24,000 nt of DNA from Citrobacter amalonaticus (GTDB taxonomy: Bacteria; Pseudomonadota; Gammaproteobacteria; Enterobacterales; Enterobacteriaceae), in assembly GCF_001559075.2 (NCBI RefSeq), contig NZ_CP014015.2, forward strand, positions 4,436,546 through 4,460,545, in the 5' to 3' direction. Below are positions 1 to 7,803 of this stretch, piece after piece; the first letter of the stretch is position 1, and every line of letters begins with the position of its first letter. The notes below the pieces were generated by a model. It made no database searches, was not told where the DNA came from, and saw nothing but the letters and a program-made list of their open reading frames with translations. A program made the position numbers and the translations under genes.

Positions 1-99
1 GCTGCGTTTTCCGCGATATCTGAGCTTCAAATGGTGCGATCCATTCGTTACCCCGACTCCCTGAGATTCCAGCCAGCGTCTGAATTCGCTCTGCTTCAC
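1..99 (-). CDS. hicA: mRNA interferase toxin HicA, N-terminal 33 codons only (the gene runs off the left edge)
   Basis: Manual reverse-strand translation from GTG at 99 gives VKQSEFRRWLESQGVGVTNGSHHLKLRYRGKRS. This closely matches the remembered E. coli HicA N-terminus (MKQSEFRRWLESQG...). GGAGG (plus-strand cctcc, 104-108) lies 4 nt upstream. The gene is absent from the ORF track because it is truncated. Its position next to ydcP fits K-12 synteny. Confidence 0.75.
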   Translation of the reverse strand, partial: MKQSEFRRWLESQGVGVTNGSHHLKLRYRGKRS

Positions 100-131
100 T
101 GCGCCTCCCTGTTCCCTATTCTACACACAAA

Positions 132-149
132 GTAAACATTTATGCTTAC
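132..149. promoter_or_regulatory. Imperfect palindrome GTAAACAT-TT-ATGCTTAC upstream of hicA; candidate HicB operator
   Basis: 8+8 nt inverted repeat with one mismatch, 33-50 nt upstream of the hicA GTG. HicB antitoxins autoregulate through palindromic operators. The operator assignment is inference only. Confidence 0.25.
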
Positions 150-363
150 TTTCTCGCCTGACAAAAGGAAAATACAGAAAAATGCCCGTCGTGTAGAGCC
201 GCTCGTATCAATTCAGGAAGGCCGCTTCCAGAATTTATATCAACAGACGTAATTTGTAACATTCACGCAACTGTTATGGTTAAATAGAGCCATTCTGTTT
301 CTGCCACTGAAACTCTTACCGGCCTAGAATTGCGCTGAATCAATTTTTAGTGCGGAGTTATGC

Positions 364-1767
364 ATGTCTGGTCTTGATGCGTTTCATCTGGCAAGGATCC
401 AGTTTGCCTTTACGGTTTCCTTCCACATTATTTTTCCGGCAATCACCATCGGCCTGGCCAGCTATCTTGCGGTACTGGAAGGTCTTTGGCTGAAAAGCAA
501 AAATCCCGTCTGGCGCTCGCTATATCAGTTCTGGTCAAAAATTTTCGCCGTTAACTTTGGGATGGGCGTGGTGTCTGGCCTGGTGATGGCTTACCAGTTT
601 GGCACCAACTGGAGCGGGTTTTCCGAGTTCGCCGGCAGTATCACCGGGCCATTGCTGACTTATGAGGTGCTCACAGCATTTTTCCTCGAAGCCGGGTTCC
701 TCGGTGTGATGCTGTTTGGCTGGAACAAGGTTGGCCCCGGATTACACTTTTTCTCCACCTGTATGGTCGCGCTGGGCACGATCATTTCCACCTTCTGGAT
801 CCTCGCCTCCAACAGCTGGATGCAGACGCCGCAGGGCTATGAGATCGTCAACGGTCAGGTCGTGCCGGTGGACTGGTTCGCCGTCATTTTCAACCCATCG
901 TTCCCTTACCGTTTGCTGCATATGTCGGTGGCGGCGTTTCTCAGTAGCGCGTTATTTATCGGGGCCTCTGCGGCCTGGCATTTACTGCGCGGAAACGCGA
1001 CGCCCGCCATTCGCGCCATGTTTTCGATGGCGCTGTGGATGACGCTGATTGTCGCACCGCTACAGGCGCTCATTGGCGATATGCACGGTCTGAATACCCT
1101 CAAACACCAGCCTGCCAAAATTGCCGCCATTGAAGGTCACTGGGAAAATCCGCCAGGCGAACCGACTCCACTTCTGCTGTTCGGCTGGCCGGATATGGAA
1201 CAGGAACGCACCCGCTATGGGCTGGCGATCCCGGCGCTGGGTAGCCTGATCCTCACTCACAGCATGGATAAACAGGTCCCGGCGCTTAAAGAGTTCGCGA
1301 AAGAGGATCGCCCCAATTCCACGATGGTCTTCTGGTCGTTTCGAATCATGGCAGGTCTGGGTATGTTAATGATCCTGCTAGGTGTTTGCGCGCTGTGGTT
1401 ACGCTACCGGCAGCGTCTCTATACTTCGCGACCGTTTCTGCGCTTTGCCTTATGGATGGGACCGTCAGGATTGGTCGCGATTCTTGCCGGTTGGGTCACG
1501 ACGGAAGTGGGCCGCCAGCCGTGGGTCGTCTACGGGTTGCAACGCACGGCGGATGCGGTCTCTGCTCACGGCGACCTGCACATGAGTCTTTCTCTGCTGA
1601 CGTTCTTTATCGTCTATAGCGCCGTCTTCGGCGTGGGTTACAGCTACATGATCCGCCTCATCCGCAAAGGGCCGCAGGAGACGATTTCCCCGACGCCGCC
1701 TACCGGCACGCCTGCCAGACCACTGTCTGCTGCCGTCCTCGACTCTCAACATGAGGCACACCGCTAA
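364..1767 (+). CDS. Cytochrome bd-type quinol oxidase subunit I (CydA family, short Q-loop / CIO-like)
   Basis: 467-aa polytopic ORF. CydA hallmarks are visible: N-terminal FHLARIQFAFTVSFHIIFPAITIG, KHQPAKIAAIEGHWE at the start of the Q-loop, and EVGRQPWVVYG near the C-terminus. It is about 50 aa shorter than E. coli CydA/AppC (522/514 aa). GGAG at 354-357 lies 6 nt before the ATG. Confidence 0.9.
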   Translation: MSGLDAFHLARIQFAFTVSFHIIFPAITIGLASYLAVLEGLWLKSKNPVWRSLYQFWSKIFAVNFGMGVVSGLVMAYQFGTNWSGFSEFAGSITGPLLTYEVLTAFFLEAGFLGVMLFGWNKVGPGLHFFSTCMVALGTIISTFWILASNSWMQTPQGYEIVNGQVVPVDWFAVIFNPSFPYRLLHMSVAAFLSSALFIGASAAWHLLRGNATPAIRAMFSMALWMTLIVAPLQALIGDMHGLNTLKHQPAKIAAIEGHWENPPGEPTPLLLFGWPDMEQERTRYGLAIPALGSLILTHSMDKQVPALKEFAKEDRPNSTMVFWSFRIMAGLGMLMILLGVCALWLRYRQRLYTSRPFLRFALWMGPSGLVAILAGWVTTEVGRQPWVVYGLQRTADAVSAHGDLHMSLSLLTFFIVYSAVFGVGYSYMIRLIRKGPQETISPTPPTGTPARPLSAAVLDSQHEAHR

Positions 1768-2777
1768 TGGGTATTGATTTATCGGTAATCTGGTTCGTCA
1801 TCATCGTCTTCGCCACACTGATGTACATCGTGATGGATGGATTCGATTTGGGTATTGGCATTTTATTTCCCGTCATCCGCGATGCTGACGATCGTGACGT
1901 GATGGTTAACAGCGTCGCCCCGGTCTGGGACGGCAATGAAACCTGGCTGGTTCTCGGCGGTGCCGGGTTGTTTGGTGCGTTTCCGCTGGCCTATGCGGTG
2001 ATCATTGACGCCCTGACGATCCCGCTGACGCTGATGCTCATCGGGCTGATTTTTCGTGGCGTCGCCTTTGAATTTCGCTTCAAAGCCACGCCCGCGCATC
2101 GCCCGTTCTGGGATAAGGCGTTTATCGGTGGCTCGATCCTGGCGACGTTCACCCAGGGCGTGGTGGTAGGCGCGGTGATTAACGGTTTTGCCGTCACTGG
2201 TCGTCGTTTCAGCGGCGGACCGTTTGACTGGCTCACCCCTTTCACCCTGTTCTGCGGCGCAGGACTGGTGGTCACTTACGCACTGTTGGGCGCCACCTGG
2301 CTGGTGATGAAAAGCGAAAATCCGTTGCAGGATAAAATGCGCACCGCAGCGAAACAGTTACTGCTGTTGATGCTGCTGGTAATTGCGATGATCAGCCTGT
2401 GGACGCCGCTGGCGCACCCGGCGATAGCGGAACGCTGGTTTACGTTGCCGAATCTGTGGTTCCTGCTGCCGGTTCCGCTACTGGTTGCGGTGATTGGCGT
2501 CTGGCTATGGCGAGCGCTTGGCCAGAGAAACCGCCACGCGCTGCCCTTTGTGTTAACTCTCGGACTGATTTTTCTCGGCTTCAGTGGACTGGGGATCAGC
2601 ATCTGGCCGCATATCATTCCGCCAGCCATTACGCTCTGGCAGGCGGCCGCGCCCGCGCAGAGCCAGGGCTTTATGCTGGTCGGCGCGTTACTGATCATCC
2701 CTGTTATTCTGGTTTACACCTTCTGGAGTTACTACGTGTTTCGCGGCAAAGTTCAACATGGCGAGGGGTATCACTGA
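1767..2777 (+). CDS. Cytochrome bd-type quinol oxidase subunit II (CydB family)
   Basis: 336-aa polytopic ORF. Its ATG overlaps the subunit I stop (TAATG at 1765-1769). The CydB motif PVWDGNETWLVLGG is present. Confidence 0.9.
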   Translation: MGIDLSVIWFVIIVFATLMYIVMDGFDLGIGILFPVIRDADDRDVMVNSVAPVWDGNETWLVLGGAGLFGAFPLAYAVIIDALTIPLTLMLIGLIFRGVAFEFRFKATPAHRPFWDKAFIGGSILATFTQGVVVGAVINGFAVTGRRFSGGPFDWLTPFTLFCGAGLVVTYALLGATWLVMKSENPLQDKMRTAAKQLLLLMLLVIAMISLWTPLAHPAIAERWFTLPNLWFLLPVPLLVAVIGVWLWRALGQRNRHALPFVLTLGLIFLGFSGLGISIWPHIIPPAITLWQAAAPAQSQGFMLVGALLIIPVILVYTFWSYYVFRGKVQHGEGYH

Positions 2778-2905
2778 TGCAACAATCCGTCTGGAAACGC
2801 CTGATGTGGCTGGTGATTTTGTGGGGCGGCAGCGTGCTGGCGCTGGCCGCCGTGGGGATGTTCTTTCGCCTGATCATGACGGCGGCAGGGTTTAAATCGC
2901 ATTAA
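2777..2905 (+). CDS. 42-aa single-TM small membrane protein, likely bd-oxidase accessory subunit (CydX/AppX position; DUF2474-like)
   Basis: ATG at 2777 overlaps the subunit II stop (TGATG, 2775-2779). Product: MQQSVWKRLMWLVILWGGSVLALAAVGMFFRLIMTAAGFKSH, with one hydrophobic helix. In the ORF track it is buried as the tail of the 168-aa entry 2399..2905, whose upstream part overlaps cydB out of frame. Confidence 0.6.
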   Translation: MQQSVWKRLMWLVILWGGSVLALAAVGMFFRLIMTAAGFKSH

Positions 2906-2909
2906 GTTT

Positions 2910-2941
2910 GTGCCGGATAAGGTGATAGCCGCCTCCGGCAC
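2910..2941. terminator. REP-like hairpin between the convergent bd-oxidase operon and rlhA
   Basis: GTGCCGGA (2910-2917) pairs with TCCGGCAC (2934-2941), a perfect 8-bp stem. The GCCGGATAAGG core resembles enterobacterial REP units. No clear U-tract on either strand. Confidence 0.45.
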
Positions 2942-2945
2942 CTGG

Positions 2946-4907
2946 TTAGTTTTTACGCTTCGGCAGCGTTTTCATTAGCTCTTCCGGGCTGACGGAAGCC
3001 ACCACGCTGCCTGGCAGCGGCATCTTCAGAATGTGATTTTTGATTTTCCCGATCACATGCATTTCGCACGGACGGCAGTCAAATTTCAGCGTTAGCACCT
3101 CATCGCCGTTCACCAGTTGCATCGGCGTCGCCTTCCAGCTTTTGATATTGCCTTTCGCCTGCTTCGGACACAGATTAAAGGCAAAGCGCAGGCAGTGTTT
3201 GGTGATCATCACCGGCACCTCGCCCTTTTCCTCATGCGCTTCATACGCTGCATCAATCAACTGCACGCCATAGCGATGGTAAAACTCCCGCGCCTTATGG
3301 TTGTAAACGTTGGCCAGAAAACTCAGGTGCGATTGTGGATAAACCGGCGCAGGCTCAGACACCGGCTTGCGAACGCCGCGCGGGTAGTTCGCAAGGCGCG
3401 CGGCATCCAGCATCTCCACCGCTTCCCGGCGGAACGCATTAAGCAGGCTGTTCGGCACAAACAGCGCGCCTGGCAGATTCACTGCGATATCGCGGGCGTA
3501 ATAGATTGTCTGTCCCAGTTTTGCCAGCCCGTCCTTCAACCCGTTCAGCGCTTTTTCAGCGTTGTTGGCCTCATCAAACTGTCCATCCAGCGTATGGGTG
3601 ATGCTGACGCCCTCTTCACTGGTCAGCGTCAGGATCAGTTGTTCCTGCCAGCCGCCCAGTTCAATATCCACCGCCACCCGACGCTCGCTCGAGGTTTTGG
3701 TTAACGCCTGCTGCCAGTTATGGTCAAGATTGCGGTTCAGCGGATGGTGGGGACGCAATTTATGCAGATCGGCAGGCATCTCATTCGGCCAGACACGATA
3801 GCGATTTTGTCCGGTTTTTTCGACCGTATTGGCGCGAAAGCCAACAACTTCACGTTTGATCAGGACGTTAAGACCATCGCCGTTCGCCAGCGGCTCGCTG
3901 ACCTCAACGTCGAGGTGATCTTTCGCCACTTTCAATACTTCACCGACCGGCAGGCCGATAAACTTTGGCGAATCAAAGGCGCCGATATCCCCTTTACGCG
4001 CATTCACAAAGTAGTCGGTGCTGCCGCGATGAAAGGTTTTATCCGTTGACGGAGTAAAGAAATGTTCCGTGCGTCCGGCAGAAGCCCGCGCCAGATCACC
4101 GCGATCCTCAATGATGGCATCCAGCATCTGCCGGTAGTGCGCGGTAATGTTCTTCACGTAGCTCATGTCTTTGTAACGCCCTTCAATCTTGAAGGAACGC
4201 ACACCAGCGTCGATCAGCGCGCCCAGGTTGGCGGTCTGATCGTTATCTTTCATCGACAGCAGGTGTTTTTCATACGATACCACCCGTCCCTGATCGTCTT
4301 TCAGGGTGTACGGTAAGCGGCACGCCTGCGAGCAGTCGCCACGGTTGGCGCTGCGCCCCGTTTGCGCATGCGAGATATAGCATTGCCCGGAATACGCCAC
4401 GCACAGCGCCCCGTGAACAAAAAATTCGATAGTGGCATCGGTCGCCTGATGAATGGCCTGAATCTGCTCAAGACTCAGCTCACGCGCCAGCACGATCTGC
4501 GTGAACCCCACGTCAGCGAGAAATTTGGCTTTCTCCACGCTGCGGATATCGCACTGGGTGCTGGCATGCAGTTCGATGGGCGGGATGTCCAGCTCCAGAA
4601 TGCCCATGTCCTGGACGATCAGCGCGTCAACGCCGTTCTGCCAGAGATCGGTAATCAGTCGCTGTGCGGGTTCCAGTTCATCGTCGTGAAGAATCGTGTT
4701 CAGCGTGACAAAGATTTTTGCGCCATAGCGATGGGCGAACGGCACCAGCTCGGCGATATCTTTCAGGCTATTGCTGGCATTATGACGCGCCCCAAAGCCG
4801 GGACCACCGATATAGACGGCGTCCGCACCATGTAAAATGGCTTCGCGGGCGATGATGGTATCACGTGCCGGGCTTAACAATTCAAGGCGATGTGGAGACG
4901 GGCGCAT
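2946..4907 (-). CDS. rlhA: U32-family protein RlhA/YdcP (23S rRNA 5-hydroxycytidine C2501 formation)
   Basis: The ORF contains the U32 signature EFFVHGALCVAYSGQCYIS. Starting at the ATG at 4907 (MRPSPHRLELLSPARD) gives 653 aa, the length of E. coli YdcP. The track's 9-codon extension begins at a TTG. Confidence 0.88.
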   Translation of the reverse strand: MRPSPHRLELLSPARDTIIAREAILHGADAVYIGGPGFGARHNASNSLKDIAELVPFAHRYGAKIFVTLNTILHDDELEPAQRLITDLWQNGVDALIVQDMGILELDIPPIELHASTQCDIRSVEKAKFLADVGFTQIVLARELSLEQIQAIHQATDATIEFFVHGALCVAYSGQCYISHAQTGRSANRGDCSQACRLPYTLKDDQGRVVSYEKHLLSMKDNDQTANLGALIDAGVRSFKIEGRYKDMSYVKNITAHYRQMLDAIIEDRGDLARASAGRTEHFFTPSTDKTFHRGSTDYFVNARKGDIGAFDSPKFIGLPVGEVLKVAKDHLDVEVSEPLANGDGLNVLIKREVVGFRANTVEKTGQNRYRVWPNEMPADLHKLRPHHPLNRNLDHNWQQALTKTSSERRVAVDIELGGWQEQLILTLTSEEGVSITHTLDGQFDEANNAEKALNGLKDGLAKLGQTIYYARDIAVNLPGALFVPNSLLNAFRREAVEMLDAARLANYPRGVRKPVSEPAPVYPQSHLSFLANVYNHKAREFYHRYGVQLIDAAYEAHEEKGEVPVMITKHCLRFAFNLCPKQAKGNIKSWKATPMQLVNGDEVLTLKFDCRPCEMHVIGKIKNHILKMPLPGSVVASVSPEELMKTLPKRKN

Positions 4908-4985
4908 AGCGTTGTTTTTATCCAGTAGCAGCAAAATGGCGGCTATTGTAGTCAGAAGCGCCGTTTTGCGAAATAGTTTTCCCGC

Positions 4986-5522
4986 TTAACTGCGTGGGTA
5001 ATGGATGAGCGAATGAAAGTGCACGGTCTGCTCGCTGCTGTTGCGATAGGCATGAGCGTTATCACCGGCAAAACGAATGCCTTCTCCAGCCCTGATGACG
5101 CGCCATTGCTGGTCAATGCACATCTCCAGATCGCCTGCGATTACAACCACATGTTCAATCACGCCCGCTTCGTGCGGCGTGGATTCGCTGAGCGCGCCGG
5201 GTGCCAGCAAAATTGAAAAGTGATCAAAGCACAGCACCGGATCCCACGGGAACAACGGCGTCACGACCATCGCCTGCTCTTGCGGATCAAACGTCGGCAG
5301 CGGCTCAGATTCCGGCGGCGAAATAAAGGTAGAGAACGGGACGTTCAGCCCGGTAGCAATCTTCCATAACGTCGCCACCGTGGGACTGGACTCGTTGCGC
5401 TCAATTTGCCCGAGCATCGCTTTTGACACACCGGTGGCCTCCGCCAGGCGCGATAAACTCCACTCACGCTGTTTGCGCAATGTTTTTAAAGTGTTCGCAA
5501 GATAGTGTGTCAGATTGTCCAT
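4986..5522 (-). CDS. sutR: XRE-HTH plus cupin transcriptional regulator SutR/YdcN
   Basis: HTH segment LSRLAEATGVSKAMLGQIERNESSPTVATLWKIATGLNV, followed by a cupin-like C-terminal half. Starting at ATG 5522 (MDNLTHYL...) gives 178 aa as in E. coli YdcN. GAGAGGA lies upstream. The gene is divergent from ydcO as in K-12. Confidence 0.85.
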   Translation of the reverse strand: MDNLTHYLANTLKTLRKQREWSLSRLAEATGVSKAMLGQIERNESSPTVATLWKIATGLNVPFSTFISPPESEPLPTFDPQEQAMVVTPLFPWDPVLCFDHFSILLAPGALSESTPHEAGVIEHVVVIAGDLEMCIDQQWRVIRAGEGIRFAGDNAHAYRNSSEQTVHFHSLIHYPRS

Positions 5523-5557
5523 TGATATCCTCTCAAAATACCAGCTTACCACTTGTA

Positions 5558-5600
5558 CGTTATAACGCCCAGATGCTAAATTAAATGACCGTTATAACGC
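5558..5600. promoter_or_regulatory. Two copies of the perfect palindrome CGTTATAACG(C) in the sutR/ydcO divergent region; candidate SutR operators
   Basis: CGTTATAACGC occurs at 5558-5568 and again at 5590-5600. The 10-mer is self-complementary. Centre-to-centre spacing is 32 bp. Both copies lie in the 85-bp gap between the two start codons. Confidence 0.45.
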
Positions 5601-5607
5601 ACAAGGA

Positions 5608-6780
5608 ATGCTAATGCGTTCGTTTTCCATCCCCTTACCCACGCTGCTTTCTGGCTTTGTCGCCGTACTGGTCGGCTATGCCAGTTCAGCGGCCATCATC
5701 TGGCAGGCCGCCGTGGCGGCGGGTGCCAGTACAGCGCAAATTGCCGGCTGGATGAGCGCCCTGGGCCTCGCAATGGGGGCCAGTACGCTCATCCTGACGC
5801 TCTGGTATCGTGCGCCTGTACTGACGGCATGGTCAACACCCGGCGCGGCGCTGTTGGTGACAGGACTCCAGGGACTGACGCTGCCAGAGGCGATTGGCGT
5901 GTTCATCATCGCCAACGCACTGATCGTCTTGTGCGGCGTGACCGGATTATTCGCTCGCCTGATGCAGGTCATCCCTCATTCGCTGGCGGCGGCCATGCTG
6001 GCCGGGATTTTGCTCCGCTTTGGCCTGCAGGCATTTGCCAGTCTCAGTGACCCGTTTCTGCTTTGTGGCGGCATGTTGCTGGCATGGTTGATTCTGAAGA
6101 GGATTGCGCCGCGCTATGCGGTGATCGCGGCGCTGGTTGCTGGTGCGGTCATTGCGTTACTTGAAGGTGACATTGTCACCTCTTCGTTAGCGATGGCCCC
6201 GGTGTTACCTACATTTATTGCCCCTCAGTTTTCGCTGGCCCACAGTCTGGGGATTGCCGTGCCGCTCTTTCTGGTGACGATGGCGTCGCAGAATGCGCCC
6301 GGTGTAGCGACCATGAAAGCCGCAGGCTACGATGTCCCCGTCTCGCCCCTGATTATTGTCACTGGCGTACTGGCGCTACTGTTTTCCCCTTTCGGCGTCT
6401 ATTCCATCTGTATTGCCGCTATCACCGCAGCAATTTGCCAGAGTCCGGAGGCCCATCCGGATGCGGCTAAACGCTGGCTGGCCGCCGCTGCCGCCGGCGT
6501 GTTCTATCTGTTGGCCGGTATTTTCGGCAGTTCGATTACCGGAGTGATGGCGGCGCTGCCAGCGAGCGGAATACAGATGCTGGCGGGACTGGCGCTGCTG
6601 GGCACGATTTCGGGCAGTCTGTATCAGGCGTTGAGCCATGAAAGCGAACGTGATGCCGCCGTGGTGACCTTTCTGGCCACCGCCAGCGGGCTGACGCTGT
6701 GGGGAGTGGGTTCGGCATTCTGGGGGCTGATCGCAGGGGGGATCTGTTACACCGTCTTAAGGCTAGCGCGACGCGCGTAA
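5608..6780 (+). CDS. ydcO: BenE-family (benzoate-type) membrane transporter YdcO
   Basis: 390-aa polytopic ORF. Its sequence tracks the remembered E. coli YdcO (…SIP.PTLL.GF.AVL.GYASSAAIIWQAA…). The real start may be the ATG at 5614. Confidence 0.85.
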   Translation: MLMRSFSIPLPTLLSGFVAVLVGYASSAAIIWQAAVAAGASTAQIAGWMSALGLAMGASTLILTLWYRAPVLTAWSTPGAALLVTGLQGLTLPEAIGVFIIANALIVLCGVTGLFARLMQVIPHSLAAAMLAGILLRFGLQAFASLSDPFLLCGGMLLAWLILKRIAPRYAVIAALVAGAVIALLEGDIVTSSLAMAPVLPTFIAPQFSLAHSLGIAVPLFLVTMASQNAPGVATMKAAGYDVPVSPLIIVTGVLALLFSPFGVYSICIAAITAAICQSPEAHPDAAKRWLAAAAAGVFYLLAGIFGSSITGVMAALPASGIQMLAGLALLGTISGSLYQALSHESERDAAVVTFLATASGLTLWGVGSAFWGLIAGGICYTVLRLARRA

Positions 6781-7632
6781 CTGCGACGGCGTCTTCCCGG
6801 TCACCTGCTTGAAGCGATTACTGAAATGGCTCGGAGAGCTGAAGCCGCAGGCCAGCGCAATCTCCGTTAACGGACGCTGTGAGTGACAAACCAGTTGCTT
6901 TGCCACTGCCATCCGCCGCTGCATCACGTACTGATGCGGCGCCATTTTCATCGACTGACGGAACATTCTGGCGAAATGAAATTCGCTCAGCGCGGCTTCA
7001 TACGCCAGATCGGCAAGCGTCAACGGTTCCGCCAGATGGGCGTCGATATACGCCAGCACATTGCGCAGTGTCACCGGCGCGAGTCCACCCGTCACCGTCG
7101 GCAATCGCCACTGCACGTTGCTGTAGTGCTGAATCATGTGGGTCATCAGAAGTGACGACGCGGCGCTGAGCGTCAGATGGTTCGCGGGCTGATGCCAGTC
7201 GTTGCCCAGTAAAAACTGCCGGTAGACCGCCGTAATCCCCGGGTCGTTGCCAAATGTCCGCTCATCCAGCGTAAAACGGTAGGGGCTTTTATCCCAGACT
7301 TTTTCCCCGACTTCACGCAAATGCGCGTCGGTGCAGTAAAGATGCACGAACGAGAGGTCGTCGCGGATATCCCAGGTAGATTCACTCTCTTTTGGCAACA
7401 GGCAAAACCGGTCCGGCCCGCCCCCATTTTTCCAGCCTGAGGCCGTTTTTTGATAGCTCTCGTAGCCATCCGCCACATACAGACTGAGCGTGTGGTGATC
7501 GCAATACTGCGTGATGGTATCGCGCTTATTCGACCATGCCGCCAGCTGGACGCCCGAGCGCAGCTCGACCGACTCCTGCAACACGGCATTGTGCTGACTC
7601 AAATTTTCAAAGGCATCGTAAGACCGGGTCAT
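6763..7632 (-). CDS. AraC/XylS-family transcriptional regulator
   Basis: 289 aa. The C-terminal dual-HTH AraC signature is present (LTLADLAYEAALSEFHFARMFRQ…PLTEIALACGFSSPSHFSNRFKQVTGKTPSQLR). The N-terminal half is a ligand-binding-type domain. The 3' end overlaps the ydcO 3' end by 18 nt. Confidence 0.85.
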   Translation of the reverse strand: MTRSYDAFENLSQHNAVLQESVELRSGVQLAAWSNKRDTITQYCDHHTLSLYVADGYESYQKTASGWKNGGGPDRFCLLPKESESTWDIRDDLSFVHLYCTDAHLREVGEKVWDKSPYRFTLDERTFGNDPGITAVYRQFLLGNDWHQPANHLTLSAASSLLMTHMIQHYSNVQWRLPTVTGGLAPVTLRNVLAYIDAHLAEPLTLADLAYEAALSEFHFARMFRQSMKMAPHQYVMQRRMAVAKQLVCHSQRPLTEIALACGFSSPSHFSNRFKQVTGKTPSQLRASR

Positions 7633-7803
7633 ACCACCACATAAACACTGTTATTCAGGCATTCAGTCTATCGCAGGTCATTGCGGTTACCACCCGCCCG
7701 ACGGAAAAAAGCGCAAGATTTTGCAAGTATCCCGCAAACCGATGAAAGCGCGTCGCCCCTGCGATCTGCGACAGTTAATTATTGGGTATGAAGGGAGAAA
7801 ATA

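Noticed and set aside
142-252. 36-codon plus-strand ORF (MLTFSPDKRKIQKNARRVEPLVSIQEGRFQNLYQQT) in the hicA/bd-oxidase intergenic region, roughly where K-12 has yncJ
   Set aside because: There is no Shine-Dalgarno sequence before the ATG. The peptide has no resemblance to the remembered YncJ sequence, and no signal peptide or TM segment. It is indistinguishable from a random ORF in AT-rich spacer.
330-343. FNR-like motif TTGCG-ctga-ATCAA upstream of the bd oxidase operon
   Set aside because: It matches only 8 of 10 positions, and its centre is just about 27 nt from the start codon. It therefore cannot sit at the -41.5 activating position of any promoter serving this ATG. I mention it under the oxidase finding but do not call it as a feature.
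2399-2776. Upstream 126 codons of the 168-aa ORF-track entry 2399..2905
   Set aside because: This part lies entirely inside cydB in a different frame and has a Pro/Arg/Ala-rich, non-protein-like composition. Only the terminal 42 codons, which start at an ATG coupled to the cydB stop, are plausible.
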